A stretch of 64,000 bases of DNA, from assembly GCA_046484865.1 (NCBI GenBank), contig JAWOID010000116.1, positions 12,420-76,419 on the forward strand. Direction: 5' to 3'. This DNA comes from Candidatus Krumholzibacteriia bacterium. GTDB taxonomy: Bacteria > Krumholzibacteriota > Krumholzibacteriia > LZORAL124-64-63. This document shows positions 44,594-54,560 of this stretch, piece after piece (positions within the stretch are counted from its first letter, which is position 1; each line of letters starts with the position of its first letter). The notes beneath the pieces are model-generated. The model did no database searches. It worked only from the letters and a program-made list of their open reading frames with translations, and was not told the DNA's origin. The translations under genes were made by a program, and so were the position numbers.

Positions 44594-47071
44594 CTAGCGT
44601 ATCTCGTGGAGCAGCCGCGCCTGCCAGGTACCGTGACCGGCTCGCGTGAACGCCCAGAGCTGCGCGAGGTCGTCGGCATGCACCTCGAGCGTGTGGTGGG
44701 GCCCCGGCGCCGGAAGCCCCGGTTCTCCGTGATACAGAGAAGATACGGGGAAAGTTGCAGTCGATGGCGCGCGAGGCGGGATCCAGAGGAAGTTGCCGTC
44801 CAGTCTTGCCCAGCGGCAGCGCGCGGCCGGCATGCCGCCGTCGCCGAGGGAGGATAGCAGAGAGCCCGGGTCGACAGCGGTCGCCAGGACGGATTCTCCC
44901 GCCAGCAGCGCTGTCGTCGCGAGGAAGAGGGCCCTGGCGGTGGCGTGCTGGTGCGACGGCAGGTTCAGGATCTCCTCGCTGGCCAGGTCGGCGGGTGCGG
45001 GCAGTCGTGCCTCCAGGGCCGGGCACGCCGTGTGGCGCAGGAGGTAGGCGTAGCTGGGCGACACCCCGACCGAGTCGCCGGCGGCCAGCAGCGGCGCATA
45101 GGTGCGCGCCAGGAGCCGTGCCCACCGGCGCCCCACGGCGCTGCCGGGATGGTGATGGACCGTCGGGCTGCCGCCGGGATCGGGGCTCTCGCGGCCGACG
45201 ACGAGGTACAGGTCGGCGCCCACGCGGTTCGCCAGCAGGATCTTCTGCTCCCGTGGCCACCAGGTCTCGTCGGTGCGTGTGAGCACCACCCGACATCCCG
45301 CGCCCCGGAGCAATCCGGCCAGCTTGCGGGCCACCTGCAGGTTCAACTCGGCGCCGCGGGTGCCCAGCGGTCCCGTGCCCTCGTCCTCCGCGCCTCCGCC
45401 CGCCGGATCCACCACGACCGTCAGTCCCACGAGCGCCGGCAGCAAGGGTTCCCAGTGCAGCGCCTCGACCGGCGCCGCTCCCGCGGCCTGCCAGGGGGTG
45501 CGGCCCGCGCCGTCGACGAAGAGCGGGCGCGCGCCTGGCGCCTCGACCCAGAGGCTGCGGCCGGTTTCCAGGACCGCCAGCGGGGCGCCGCCGGCTTGCC
45601 ATGGAGCCGGCGGCAGACCGAGCTTCGGTTCCCATTGCCAGTGCGCCGGGTTCGCAGCCCCGGCCAGGACTTCGGCGCCCAGCAGGGGCACGAGCCGGGC
45701 CGGCGGGTCCACCATGACGACGTCGCACGGGATCGTCGCAGCGCCTGTCGGGTCGCCGGGCAGGCGGTCCACGCGCAGGAACCGGAGCTGGCGGAGGTCC
45801 GGACTCCCGACCTCGAGTTCCACCAGCCCCCACGAGCCCGCCGGCGCGAGCAGCGGGACGCCGGCCGCGGTCGCGTCCTCGCCCGCCAGCGACACGCCCG
45901 GCCGGGGACCGGGAAGCGGCGGCCGCGGTTCGCGCCAGAGCATGAAGGCCCGCCGGGGAGCCGCCTCCGGCGCCGATCGGCCATCGCGCTCCAGCACGAG
46001 GGCGCACGACCAGGCAGCCGAAGGCCGGCCGACCAGCTGTGCCACCGCCGGTGCCGCCCGGCCGGCGAGGTTGCGGGCGCGCAGTTCCAGCCGCTGCCAG
46101 CCCTGCAGGTCCTCCGGGGCGGCGCGCCAGACGATGCGTACCGCGCCCGGCTCGAGCGCCACCGGCCGCGGCTCGCCCGCGACCGTGAGCAGGACCGACG
46201 ACGGATCCAGCCCCGGTGCTCCGCTCGATCCGGCCTCGAAGGTCCAGGTCAGGGCACCGGCCGGTCCAATCACCGCAGTGTCGGGATGATCGCTCACCAG
46301 CCGCGGCGTTCCGCCCGCGAAGTAGTCCAGCAGACCCAGGAAGTAGGCCTGCGCCTCGAGTTCGTGACTGCGGGCCAGGGTCAGGCGTCCCTCGATCACG
46401 GGATGGGAGATCATCGCCGGCTCGCCAAGCACCGCCGGCACCGTCGCGTTGCGCAGCACGTGGAAGTTGCCCGCCATGATCCGGGCGGGATGGATCTCGA
46501 GTGCCTGCACGAGATGCTTGTGGATGCTGCGTGCCAGATCCAGCGAGGCGCCGTCGTCGCCCACGGGGTAGTAGGTCTGGGTCTCGTTGATGTCGGGATC
46601 GCCGCGGGCGGTGCTGTTGTGGTGGATCGAGAGGAAGACGTCCGGCAGCAGCGAGTCGGCCAGCGCCACGCGCGCGGCGAGGTCCCGTTCCAGGGTGGAG
46701 TCCGTGGCCGAGAGGAGGTCGTGGTCGGCGGAGCGGGTGAGATGGACCTGGGCGCCCGCCCATTCGAGCAAGCCCCGCAGGTACAGGGCCACGCCCAGGT
46801 TGACCTCGGCCTCGGCGAGCCCCCCCGGGCCCACGGCGCCCCGGAACCGGCCCCCGTGGCCGGGATCGATCACGATGCGGCGTCCCCGCAAGGGCGTGAA
46901 GTCGCGCTGGCCGAGTTCCGCGCGCAGACGGGTGTAGCCCGGGATGCCGACGTCCTCGCCGGGCTCCGGCAGCGGAGCCGGCCGCCGGGCACAGCCCGCG
47001 AACACCAGCAGCAGGGCCGCTGCGGCGGGTAGGAGAATCCTCAGGGTTCGAGCCGGGCCGTATATCGCCAA
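44594..47071 (-). CDS. N-acetylmuramoyl-L-alanine amidase lipoprotein with two Amidase_3 domains
   Basis: Lipobox FAGC; IDPGHGG..E.EVNL..LTR..FLSIHHN..FHVLRN..PAVLGE; second domain VDPAGGG...LNL...LTR...YLLRHT.CPAL; start uncertain (TTG 47071 or ATG 47101). Confidence 0.85.
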   Translation of the reverse strand: MAIYGPARTLRILLPAAAALLLVFAGCARRPAPLPEPGEDVGIPGYTRLRAELGQRDFTPLRGRRIVIDPGHGGRFRGAVGPGGLAEAEVNLGVALYLRGLLEWAGAQVHLTRSADHDLLSATDSTLERDLAARVALADSLLPDVFLSIHHNSTARGDPDINETQTYYPVGDDGASLDLARSIHKHLVQALEIHPARIMAGNFHVLRNATVPAVLGEPAMISHPVIEGRLTLARSHELEAQAYFLGLLDYFAGGTPRLVSDHPDTAVIGPAGALTWTFEAGSSGAPGLDPSSVLLTVAGEPRPVALEPGAVRIVWRAAPEDLQGWQRLELRARNLAGRAAPAVAQLVGRPSAAWSCALVLERDGRSAPEAAPRRAFMLWREPRPPLPGPRPGVSLAGEDATAAGVPLLAPAGSWGLVELEVGSPDLRQLRFLRVDRLPGDPTGAATIPCDVVMVDPPARLVPLLGAEVLAGAANPAHWQWEPKLGLPPAPWQAGGAPLAVLETGRSLWVEAPGARPLFVDGAGRTPWQAAGAAPVEALHWEPLLPALVGLTVVVDPAGGGAEDEGTGPLGTRGAELNLQVARKLAGLLRGAGCRVVLTRTDETWWPREQKILLANRVGADLYLVVGRESPDPGGSPTVHHHPGSAVGRRWARLLARTYAPLLAAGDSVGVSPSYAYLLRHTACPALEARLPAPADLASEEILNLPSHQHATARALFLATTALLAGESVLATAVDPGSLLSSLGDGGMPAARCRWARLDGNFLWIPPRAPSTATFPVSSLYHGEPGLPAPGPHHTLEVHADDLAQLWAFTRAGHGTWQARLLHEIR

Positions 47072-47142
47072 GGTGCCGACCTCGTCATGGGCCCGCAGCA
47101 TAGGGCAGCCCGGTACCGGTGTAAAGCGGCACCGGGCCCCGC

Positions 47143-47171
47143 TGGACAGGGCTGCTGCGGTCTGATACCTT
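47143..47171 (+). promoter_or_regulatory. Candidate selA promoter TGGACA-N17-TACCTT with extended -10 TG
   Basis: Elements at 47143-47148 and 47166-47171 in the divergent amidase/selA gap. Confidence 0.45.
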
Positions 47172-47306
47172 TTGCCACTCGCGACGCGAGAGAACGCTCC
47201 CGGTCGTCCGGCGAACGGCCTCCGTGCAGCCGCGCCGCGGCCGGCGGGACCGAGGTTCGCGGCCGCGGTCCCGAGCACCAGCAGGACCGCCATATTCCGG
47301 AATGCC

Positions 47307-48797
47307 ATGCCCCACGATCATCTGCGCCACCTTCCCGCCGTCTCCGCCCTGCTGGAGCATCCCTCCGTGGCGCCGCACCTGCTCGGCCGCCGGCGCGAGT
47401 GGGTCACCCGCCTGGCTCAGCGCGTGGTGAGCGAGTTGCGCGACGCCCTGTTGCGCGGCGATCCCGCGCCCGCACCGGACAAGCCCGGCATGCTCGCTCT
47501 GGCCGTGCAACGGCTGCTGGAACGGCGGGAGCGCGTGCTGCGGCCCACGCTCACCCGGGTGATCAACGGTACGGGCGTGGTGGTGCACACGAATCTCGGG
47601 CGCTCGAACTGGCCGGATCTCGCCGTGCGCTGGGCCGAGCAGGCGGCCCGCCACCCCAGCGATCTCGAGTACGTCCTGGCGAGCGGCACGCGGGGGCACC
47701 GCGGCCGCAAGGTGGAGGAGAAGGCCGCGCTGCTCACCGGGGCCGAGGACGCCCTGATCGTCAACAACAACGCGGCTGCCGTGTGGCTGGCGGCGCGGCA
47801 CTGCACCGGGCTGGGCGCGCCGCCGGACGGCCGCGGGCGCCTGATCCTCTCGCGCGGTGAGATCGTTGCCATCGGCGGCAGCTTCCGCATGCACGAGCTC
47901 CTGGCCGAGACGCACTGCGAGCTGGTCGAGGTGGGCACCACCAACCGCACGAGCCTGCAGGATTACGTCGAGGCCATGACTCCGGGCGCCACGGTGATGA
48001 AGGTGCACCGCAGCAACTTCTCGCTGGAGGGGTTCACCGAGGAGGTGGCGCTGGGCGAACTGGCGCGACCTTGCCGGGAACACGGCTGTCGACTGGTGTA
48101 CGATGCGGGCAGCGGGGCGCTCTTCCCGTTCGAGGCTCTCGGCTTGCCGGCCGAGGAGGGCAGCCTGGCCGCCGACGTGGCCGCAGGCGCCGACCTGGTC
48201 ACCTGCAGCGGCGACAAGCTGCTGGGCGGCTGTCAGGCGGGTCTCGTCCTCGGACGTGCCTCCCTCGTGAACGGGCTGCGGCAGCATCCCATGCGTCGCG
48301 CCTTCCGGGTGGACAAGACGACCCTGGCCGCCCTCGACGCCGTGCTGACCATCTACCTGTCCGCGGAGGCCCTGCCGGGCATCCCGACCCTGGAACTGCT
48401 GGCCCAGGCCGGTCCCCTCCTCGCCGCGCGGGCCGACCGGCTGGCCGGACTGCTGCGCGATCATGCCCCCGCCGGCTGGAACTGCCGCGTGCGGGAGAGC
48501 TCGGCCAGCGTGGGCGGGGGCTCCTTCTCCACCGTGCAGGTGCCGTCGCGGGAACTGCTGTGGGCAGGCCCCGAGCACGAACTGGAGCGGATCCACGCCG
48601 CGCTGCGCCGGCAGGATCCCGCCGTCGTCGGACGCAAGAACCAGGAAGGGCTCGCCGTGGACCTGCGCACCATCGCCGACGATGAGATCACCATGGTGGC
48701 GGAGGCTTTCCGCCAGGCCTGGAACGGTCTGTTGGAACGCCGCCGAGGGGACGAGGGATCCACAACCGAGGACGGCAGGGATGAATCCGCGACATGA
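47307..48797 (+). CDS. selA: L-seryl-tRNA(Sec) selenium transferase
   Basis: VINGTGVVVHTNLGR, VNNNAAAV, SRGE...IGGSFR, EVGTTNRT, KVHRSNF, SGDKLLGG.QAG, RAFRVDK, VGGGS. Confidence 0.93.
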   Translation: MPHDHLRHLPAVSALLEHPSVAPHLLGRRREWVTRLAQRVVSELRDALLRGDPAPAPDKPGMLALAVQRLLERRERVLRPTLTRVINGTGVVVHTNLGRSNWPDLAVRWAEQAARHPSDLEYVLASGTRGHRGRKVEEKAALLTGAEDALIVNNNAAAVWLAARHCTGLGAPPDGRGRLILSRGEIVAIGGSFRMHELLAETHCELVEVGTTNRTSLQDYVEAMTPGATVMKVHRSNFSLEGFTEEVALGELARPCREHGCRLVYDAGSGALFPFEALGLPAEEGSLAADVAAGADLVTCSGDKLLGGCQAGLVLGRASLVNGLRQHPMRRAFRVDKTTLAALDAVLTIYLSAEALPGIPTLELLAQAGPLLAARADRLAGLLRDHAPAGWNCRVRESSASVGGGSFSTVQVPSRELLWAGPEHELERIHAALRRQDPAVVGRKNQEGLAVDLRTIADDEITMVAEAFRQAWNGLLERRRGDEGSTTEDGRDESAT

Positions 48798-50550
48798 CCG
48801 TGGCGCTGACCGGACGCCCGAGTCCGGCCCCGGGGACGAACTGGCCGGTCGGTCCGTGCTGCCCGCGGGCCTCGACGCGGCCGAACTCGACCTGCGCGGA
48901 GGCCAGGGCTTCTGGGACGAGGTGCAGCGGATCACCGGCGAGACGGAACTGGGCGAGCACCTGGACACGGCCATGGGCGGCCACCCGGCGCCGCGGATCT
49001 GGGCCGTGATGGCCGAGCCGGAGGGCAAGGCGGCCGCCGCCGCCGCTGGGCTCGCGCTCACCCGTGCGCTGGCGGCGCGCGGGCAGGCGGTGATCCTGAT
49101 CGACGCCGACGATCACCAGCCCGATCTGACCCGCTGGAGCGGCCGGTTCGAACTGGAGGGATGGGTCGATCTGGTGCGCTACGGCGCTTCCATCCTCACC
49201 ACCAGCATTCCGCTGGAGTTCCCGGGCAAGAAGAGCATCTTCATGGGCGTCGGTTCGTTCGTTCCCGCCCAGGCGGGCGAGGACGAGGTGGGCGACCTTT
49301 TGGCGCGCCTGCGCCGGCAGGCGGACGACCTGATCCTGGTGCTGCCCGCCGACGAGAACGGCGCCGTGTGGGCACGACGGGCGCCGATCCGGCTGCTCAC
49401 GTGGGATCGGCTGGCGCGGTCGCGTGAGGCGACCGCGGCGCTGGTCGAGAGGCTCGACGAACTCGGTGCCGCTCCCACCTCGCTGGTGGCCTTCGGCCCA
49501 CCCGAGGCGGCCGCAGCCACCGGCGCGGCGGCTGCGCCGGGAGCCGGCGGTCCTCCCGAGGGAGCGGAGGACACCGTGGCGACCCTGCCGCCGGGCACTC
49601 CGGTGCCTGGCACCCCGGTGTTCGACACGCCGCCGGGAACGTCGGCCGTGCCCGCGACCTCGCCGTCCGGCGAGCCGTCGCCGCAGATCGTCGACCCGGC
49701 GGCCCGTGAGGACCGGCGGATCCCGTCCGGCGCGGAGCGGGGCGCGACGCCCGGCCCCCGTTCTCCCGAGCCCGAACCCGAGCCCGCCACCGAGACGGTG
49801 GTCGCCGGGGTCACGCCCGCCGGACCCCTGAGCACCGGCGGAGCCTGGTCGTCCGGCGGTCGCCCCCGTCCGGCACGGCGGACGTCCGGACTGTTCTGGG
49901 GCCTGGCGGCGGTGCTGGTGCTGGCGATCGTGGCGGCGGCGGCCTACTACCTGGCGGCGGTGCGGGGTCCCGATCCCGACACTCTGCCCGGCGACCGGTT
50001 CGCCGGCGTCACGGAGGATCGGCCCGGGCAGGCCCGGGAAGCGGAGCCGCTGCAGGATGCGGATCGACCGCTGACGGAGTCGAGTCGGCCGCTACCGGTC
50101 GCGGGTCGGTCGTTGCCCGACCGCGAACCACCGGCAGGCGCTGCCGACCTGGAGCCGGGCGGCGAGGATCTGCTCGTCGAGAGCGCCGTCGATGCCGGCC
50201 GTCGCGACCTGGAATCGGGCGCGGCCGACCTGCGGGAACCCGTCGCCGAGCCCCTGCCGCCGCCGGTGCGCAGCCTGGGCTCCGATCCTGCCTTCGCCGG
50301 TCCGGTGGGCGAGGACGGCTGGGCGCTCTGGCTCTACTCGCATCCCGATAGCGCCGCGGCCGCCGCCGAGGTCCGCGAGCTCGAGCGGAGGGGGCTGCGG
50401 GCGGTGTACCGCCCGGTGCAGCTGGCTGAACGTGGTCGCTGGTACCGGGTCTACATGGGCAGTTTCGCCTCCCGCGAGGAAGCCGTGGCCGCGCTGCCGC
50501 GGGTGCGGGAGGCGCTTGGACAGGACTGGGTCCAGCCGGCGCGCTTCTAG
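48781..50550 (+). CDS. Membrane protein: degenerate BY-kinase/MinD-like P-loop domain, Pro-rich linker, TM, SPOR domain
   Basis: EGK, ALAARG..VILIDAD..QP; LLARLRRQAD.LIL; TM GLFWGLAAVLVLAIVAAAAYYL; C-terminal GRWYRVYMGSFASREEA. Confidence 0.75.
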   Translation: MNPRHDRGADRTPESGPGDELAGRSVLPAGLDAAELDLRGGQGFWDEVQRITGETELGEHLDTAMGGHPAPRIWAVMAEPEGKAAAAAAGLALTRALAARGQAVILIDADDHQPDLTRWSGRFELEGWVDLVRYGASILTTSIPLEFPGKKSIFMGVGSFVPAQAGEDEVGDLLARLRRQADDLILVLPADENGAVWARRAPIRLLTWDRLARSREATAALVERLDELGAAPTSLVAFGPPEAAAATGAAAAPGAGGPPEGAEDTVATLPPGTPVPGTPVFDTPPGTSAVPATSPSGEPSPQIVDPAAREDRRIPSGAERGATPGPRSPEPEPEPATETVVAGVTPAGPLSTGGAWSSGGRPRPARRTSGLFWGLAAVLVLAIVAAAAYYLAAVRGPDPDTLPGDRFAGVTEDRPGQAREAEPLQDADRPLTESSRPLPVAGRSLPDREPPAGAADLEPGGEDLLVESAVDAGRRDLESGAADLREPVAEPLPPPVRSLGSDPAFAGPVGEDGWALWLYSHPDSAAAAAEVRELERRGLRAVYRPVQLAERGRWYRVYMGSFASREEAVAALPRVREALGQDWVQPARF

Positions 50551-50672
50551 CGTCGGCCCGGACCGCCGGAACGACCGCACGGCGCACGACCAGGCGCCGC
50601 GGTCGCGTACCCGCGGGTCGGCGCGCCGGAAAGCCGCCCGACCGTCATCGCCTGGAGCAGGAAGGAACCCGC

Positions 50673-53600
50673 GTGAAACTCAGGCGCATCGAGCTGCAGG
50701 GCTTCAAGTCGTTCGTCGACCGGACGGTGCTGAGGTTCGACGAGGGGATCACCGCCATCCTCGGACCCAACGGCTGCGGCAAGTCCAACGTCGTGGACGC
50801 GATCCGGTGGGTGCTGGGCGAGCAGTCGGCCAAGTCGCTGCGCGGCGATCGCATGGACGACGTCATCTTCAAGGGCACCACCAAGCGCAAGCCGGTGGGG
50901 ATGGCCGAGGTGACCATCACCTTCACCAACGACGACCGGCGTCTTCCCATCGACTTCGACGAGGTGTCCATCTGCCGGCGCGTCACTCGCGACAATACCA
51001 GCGACTACTATCTCAACGGTACGGCCTGCCGGCTGAAGGACCTGCGCGACCTCTTCTACGACAGCGGCGTGAACAACACGTCCTACTCGATCATCGAGGA
51101 ATCGATGATCAAGCAGATCCTCAACGAGAACAACCAGGAGCTGCGCCACCTGCTGGAGGAAGGCTCCGGCATCACCAAATACAAGGCCCGCCGCAAGGAG
51201 ACCCAGCGCAAGCTCGACCGCACGCAGCAGGATCTGCTGCGCCTGAACGACATCGTCGAGGAGATCGGGCGCGAGGTGCGCGCCCTGCAGCGGCAGGTGG
51301 GCAAGGCCCGCAGGCACCAGCGTCTGCGACGAGAGATCCGCGCGCTCGATCTGCTGCTGGCCGCGCGCCAGCACCGGGAACTGGACGAGCACGAGCGGAC
51401 CCAGCAGGAGCGGATGCAGGAACTGCGGACGCTCGCGGAGACGGACACCGGCGAGCTGGCGGAACTGCGCGCGCGCATCGAGGCCACCCGGCCCGATCTG
51501 GACGAGCGCGAGGCCGAACGCCGCCAGCTGGAGGAGGCTCTGCAGGCCTTCGAGGAGGAGCTGCAGGAGGTGGAGCGCAAGGTGCTGGTGCTGGAGCACC
51601 GGCGCGACGACTCCCACCGCCGGCGCGAGGAGAACACGGCTGCCGCCGCCGAGACTGAGCGCCGTCGTGCCGAGGTCGAGCGGCAGGCCGCCGGGCTGGC
51701 GGAGCGCCTGGAGGAGGTGCGGGCGGAGCTGGCCACGGTGGAGCGCCGGGTCACGGACCACGAGGAGGCCTTCGAGGAGCTGGAGGGACGGGTGCGGGAG
51801 CAGCGCGCCGCCCTCGACGAGGCGGTCCAGCTCAACCTGCAGTTCATCGAATCCGATGCCACCTGCAAGAGCCGCATGCGGGAGCTGCAGGTGCGGCGGG
51901 AGAACCGGCAGGAACGGCTGGTCGCGCTGGACGGCGAACGCGAGTCCCTGCGCGCCGTCGCCACCGAGGCGCATGCCGAGGGTGAGGCGCTGGACGGACG
52001 CCACGAGGAGCAGCGCCACCTCCGCCAGCAGCAGCTCGAGCGGCTCGCCGCGCTGCAGCGGCGGATCGTCGAGGCCGAGGGGGAAGCCGAGACCCTGGAA
52101 CGCGAGCGATCCGGACTGCAGGCACGGCGCGAGGCGGAGGCCTCGCGACGCGAGCTGCTGCAGCGCATGCAGGCTGAGCACCGCGGCTACGGCAAGGGCG
52201 CGAAGCACGTGCTGGAGAGCCGCGGCGCCGACGCCGGCGTGCGCGGGAGCCTCGCGGATCAGCTGCGCGTGCCGGAGGAGTTCGCGGCGGCGCTGGAGAC
52301 GCTGCTCACCGACCTGGCAGGCGCGGTGGTGGTGGACGGGTGCGCGACAGCCGTCGACCTGGTGCAGGAGCTGCGCGGGAAGCAGGAGGGACAGGCGAGC
52401 TTCGTCCACGCTAAGGGGCTTGCCGCCGCGCCGCCGGCGCCGGCGACCCCCGGGGCCGCGCCCGCCGGCGGTCGCTGGGCGCTGGAGGTGGTGTCGGGCC
52501 CGGCCGCCGAGCTGCCGCACGTGCGTCGGGTGCTGGCGCAGACGTGTCTGTTCGGCAGCGACGAGGCCGCCGTGGCCGCCGCGGAGCGTCGGGTCGACGG
52601 CGAGCCTCTGTTCTGTCTCGCCAGCAGCGGGCTGCTGGTGACCAGTGACGGCATGGTGCGTGGAGGTCAGGCGCAGCCCGATGAAGCGAGCCTCCTCGGC
52701 CGCGAGGAGCGCCTGCAGCGCCTGGACGAGCGGATCACCGGTCTGGAGGAACGTCTCGCTGGCGCCGACGAGCGACTGGCCGCCGCGCGTCGGCGGCGGG
52801 AGGAAGACCGCGCCGAGCTCGAGAACGGGCGGTCCGAGCTGGAGAGCATCGACGCCGAGCTGCAGAACCTCGCGCTGCGCACCGCGCAAGCCCGCGACCG
52901 GGCCGCGGCCGCCGAGCGTCGTGACCTCGATCTCGGCGCCGAGGCGGAGCGCCTGACCGGCGAGTTGCAGCGGCTCGACGAGGAGCGCGTGTCGTTGCAG
53001 GACGTGCTCGCCGAGAGCGACCGCCAGCGCAGCGACAGCACCGTGCACCGCGACGAGGTGCGCGGCCGTCTGGCCGCCGCCGAGGAGGAGCGCGACGCCC
53101 TGCGGGCGGAGGTGGAGGAGCTGCGGCTCATCCGCCAGCGGCGCGAGGGCGAGCGGCGCGAGCTCGAGGCGAGCCTCGCCCACCTGCGCGAGAGCGCCGC
53201 CGAGCTGGCGTCGCGGCGCGAGCGTCTGGCCGAGGACCTCGCCCACGGCGTGCAGGAGCTGGCCGAGCTGGAGACCGAACTGTCCGGCGCCCGCCGGCGT
53301 CTGGCCGACAGCATGGACGAACGGGAGCGGCGCCGGCGGATCGTGCAGGCGGCCGCCGAGGCCATCCGCACCCTGCACGCCGAGACCGCGCGCTGGCACG
53401 ATCGCGTCAAGTCGATCGAGGACCAGCGCTCCGGCGTGCGCGAGCAACTCCACGGCATCGAGACCGACCTCGCCACGCTCGACATCCGGCGCAACAACCT
53501 CGAGGAGCGGGTGGAGCAGGAGTACCACGGCCGCTTCGGCGACCTGGTGGGGTCCGTCGCCGCGGAGGACGTGCCGCCCGAACTGGAGCGGGACGGCGAC

Positions 53601-54560
53601 GTCTTCCAGGTCGACCAGGGGCGGCGGATCCTCGACGACCGGCGGCAGAAGCTGGCGGGACTGGGCCCGATCAACCACCTCGCGCTGGAGGAGTACGAGA
53701 CCAAGAAGGAGCGTCTGGACTTCCTCGAGGCGCAGCGGACGGACGTCGAGAAGGCCAAGGCCGACCTGGAGCGGGCGATCGCCGAGATCAACCGCACCGC
53801 GCGGCGGCTCTTCGCCGCCACATTCGAGGAGGTGCGACGCAACTACGTGGCTGTCTTCCAGACGCTGTTCCGCGGCGGCCGCGCCGACCTGGAGATGCTG
53901 CGGACCGACGATCCCCTGGAGAGCGACATCCGGATCACCGCCCAGCCCACGGGCAAGGTGGTGGACCACGTCTCGCTGCTGTCGGGCGGCGAGCGCTGCC
54001 TGACGGCGCTCTCGCTGCTGTTCGGCGTCTACCTGGTGAAGCCGTCGCCTTTCTGCGTCCTCGACGAGGCCGACGCGCCGCTCGACGACAACAACATCGG
54101 CCGCTTCGTCCGCATGCTGCACGAGTTCAGCCGCAACACGCAGTTCCTCATCATCACCCACAACAAGCTCACCATGGAGACGGCCAACCATCTGTATGGC
54201 GTGACCATGATGGAGCAAGGAGTCAGCTCGGTGGTGTCGGTCACGTTCCAGGACGTGGCCGAGACGCACAGCGACGCGGAGCTGGGGAACGCGATCGCCA
54301 GCCGTCGCGCCGAGATCGACCGCGAGCGCGGGCCGGCGCGACTGGCGCTGACCGATGCCGTCGCGGCGGCGGAGCAGGCGGTCGAGTCGGCCGAGGCGGT
54401 CGAGCCGCCGGCGGAGATGGCCGGGCCCGCGGAGACGGCCGAGGCGGCACGGGCATCGACCGGGGCGGAGGCGGCGGCCGCGGCGGCCGCGGCAGGGGCG
54501 CCAGAGGCCGATGCCGGCGCCGAAGAGTCGGCCGCGGACCCGCTGGAGGCCAGGGAATGA
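50673..54560 (+). CDS. smc: Chromosome segregation protein SMC
   Basis: GFKSF, GPNGCGKSN, coiled coils, hinge, LGPIN, LSGGE, PFCVLDEADAPLD, IITH. Confidence 0.97.
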   Translation: MKLRRIELQGFKSFVDRTVLRFDEGITAILGPNGCGKSNVVDAIRWVLGEQSAKSLRGDRMDDVIFKGTTKRKPVGMAEVTITFTNDDRRLPIDFDEVSICRRVTRDNTSDYYLNGTACRLKDLRDLFYDSGVNNTSYSIIEESMIKQILNENNQELRHLLEEGSGITKYKARRKETQRKLDRTQQDLLRLNDIVEEIGREVRALQRQVGKARRHQRLRREIRALDLLLAARQHRELDEHERTQQERMQELRTLAETDTGELAELRARIEATRPDLDEREAERRQLEEALQAFEEELQEVERKVLVLEHRRDDSHRRREENTAAAAETERRRAEVERQAAGLAERLEEVRAELATVERRVTDHEEAFEELEGRVREQRAALDEAVQLNLQFIESDATCKSRMRELQVRRENRQERLVALDGERESLRAVATEAHAEGEALDGRHEEQRHLRQQQLERLAALQRRIVEAEGEAETLERERSGLQARREAEASRRELLQRMQAEHRGYGKGAKHVLESRGADAGVRGSLADQLRVPEEFAAALETLLTDLAGAVVVDGCATAVDLVQELRGKQEGQASFVHAKGLAAAPPAPATPGAAPAGGRWALEVVSGPAAELPHVRRVLAQTCLFGSDEAAVAAAERRVDGEPLFCLASSGLLVTSDGMVRGGQAQPDEASLLGREERLQRLDERITGLEERLAGADERLAAARRRREEDRAELENGRSELESIDAELQNLALRTAQARDRAAAAERRDLDLGAEAERLTGELQRLDEERVSLQDVLAESDRQRSDSTVHRDEVRGRLAAAEEERDALRAEVEELRLIRQRREGERRELEASLAHLRESAAELASRRERLAEDLAHGVQELAELETELSGARRRLADSMDERERRRRIVQAAAEAIRTLHAETARWHDRVKSIEDQRSGVREQLHGIETDLATLDIRRNNLEERVEQEYHGRFGDLVGSVAAEDVPPELERDGDVFQVDQGRRILDDRRQKLAGLGPINHLALEEYETKKERLDFLEAQRTDVEKAKADLERAIAEINRTARRLFAATFEEVRRNYVAVFQTLFRGGRADLEMLRTDDPLESDIRITAQPTGKVVDHVSLLSGGERCLTALSLLFGVYLVKPSPFCVLDEADAPLDDNNIGRFVRMLHEFSRNTQFLIITHNKLTMETANHLYGVTMMEQGVSSVVSVTFQDVAETHSDAELGNAIASRRAEIDRERGPARLALTDAVAAAEQAVESAEAVEPPAEMAGPAETAEAARASTGAEAAAAAAAAGAPEADAGAEESAADPLEARE

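Noticed and set aside
47172..47306. Structured region upstream of selA considered as tRNA-Sec (selC)
   Set aside because: No TCA anticodon loop, no proper T-arm or acceptor stem and no CCA end
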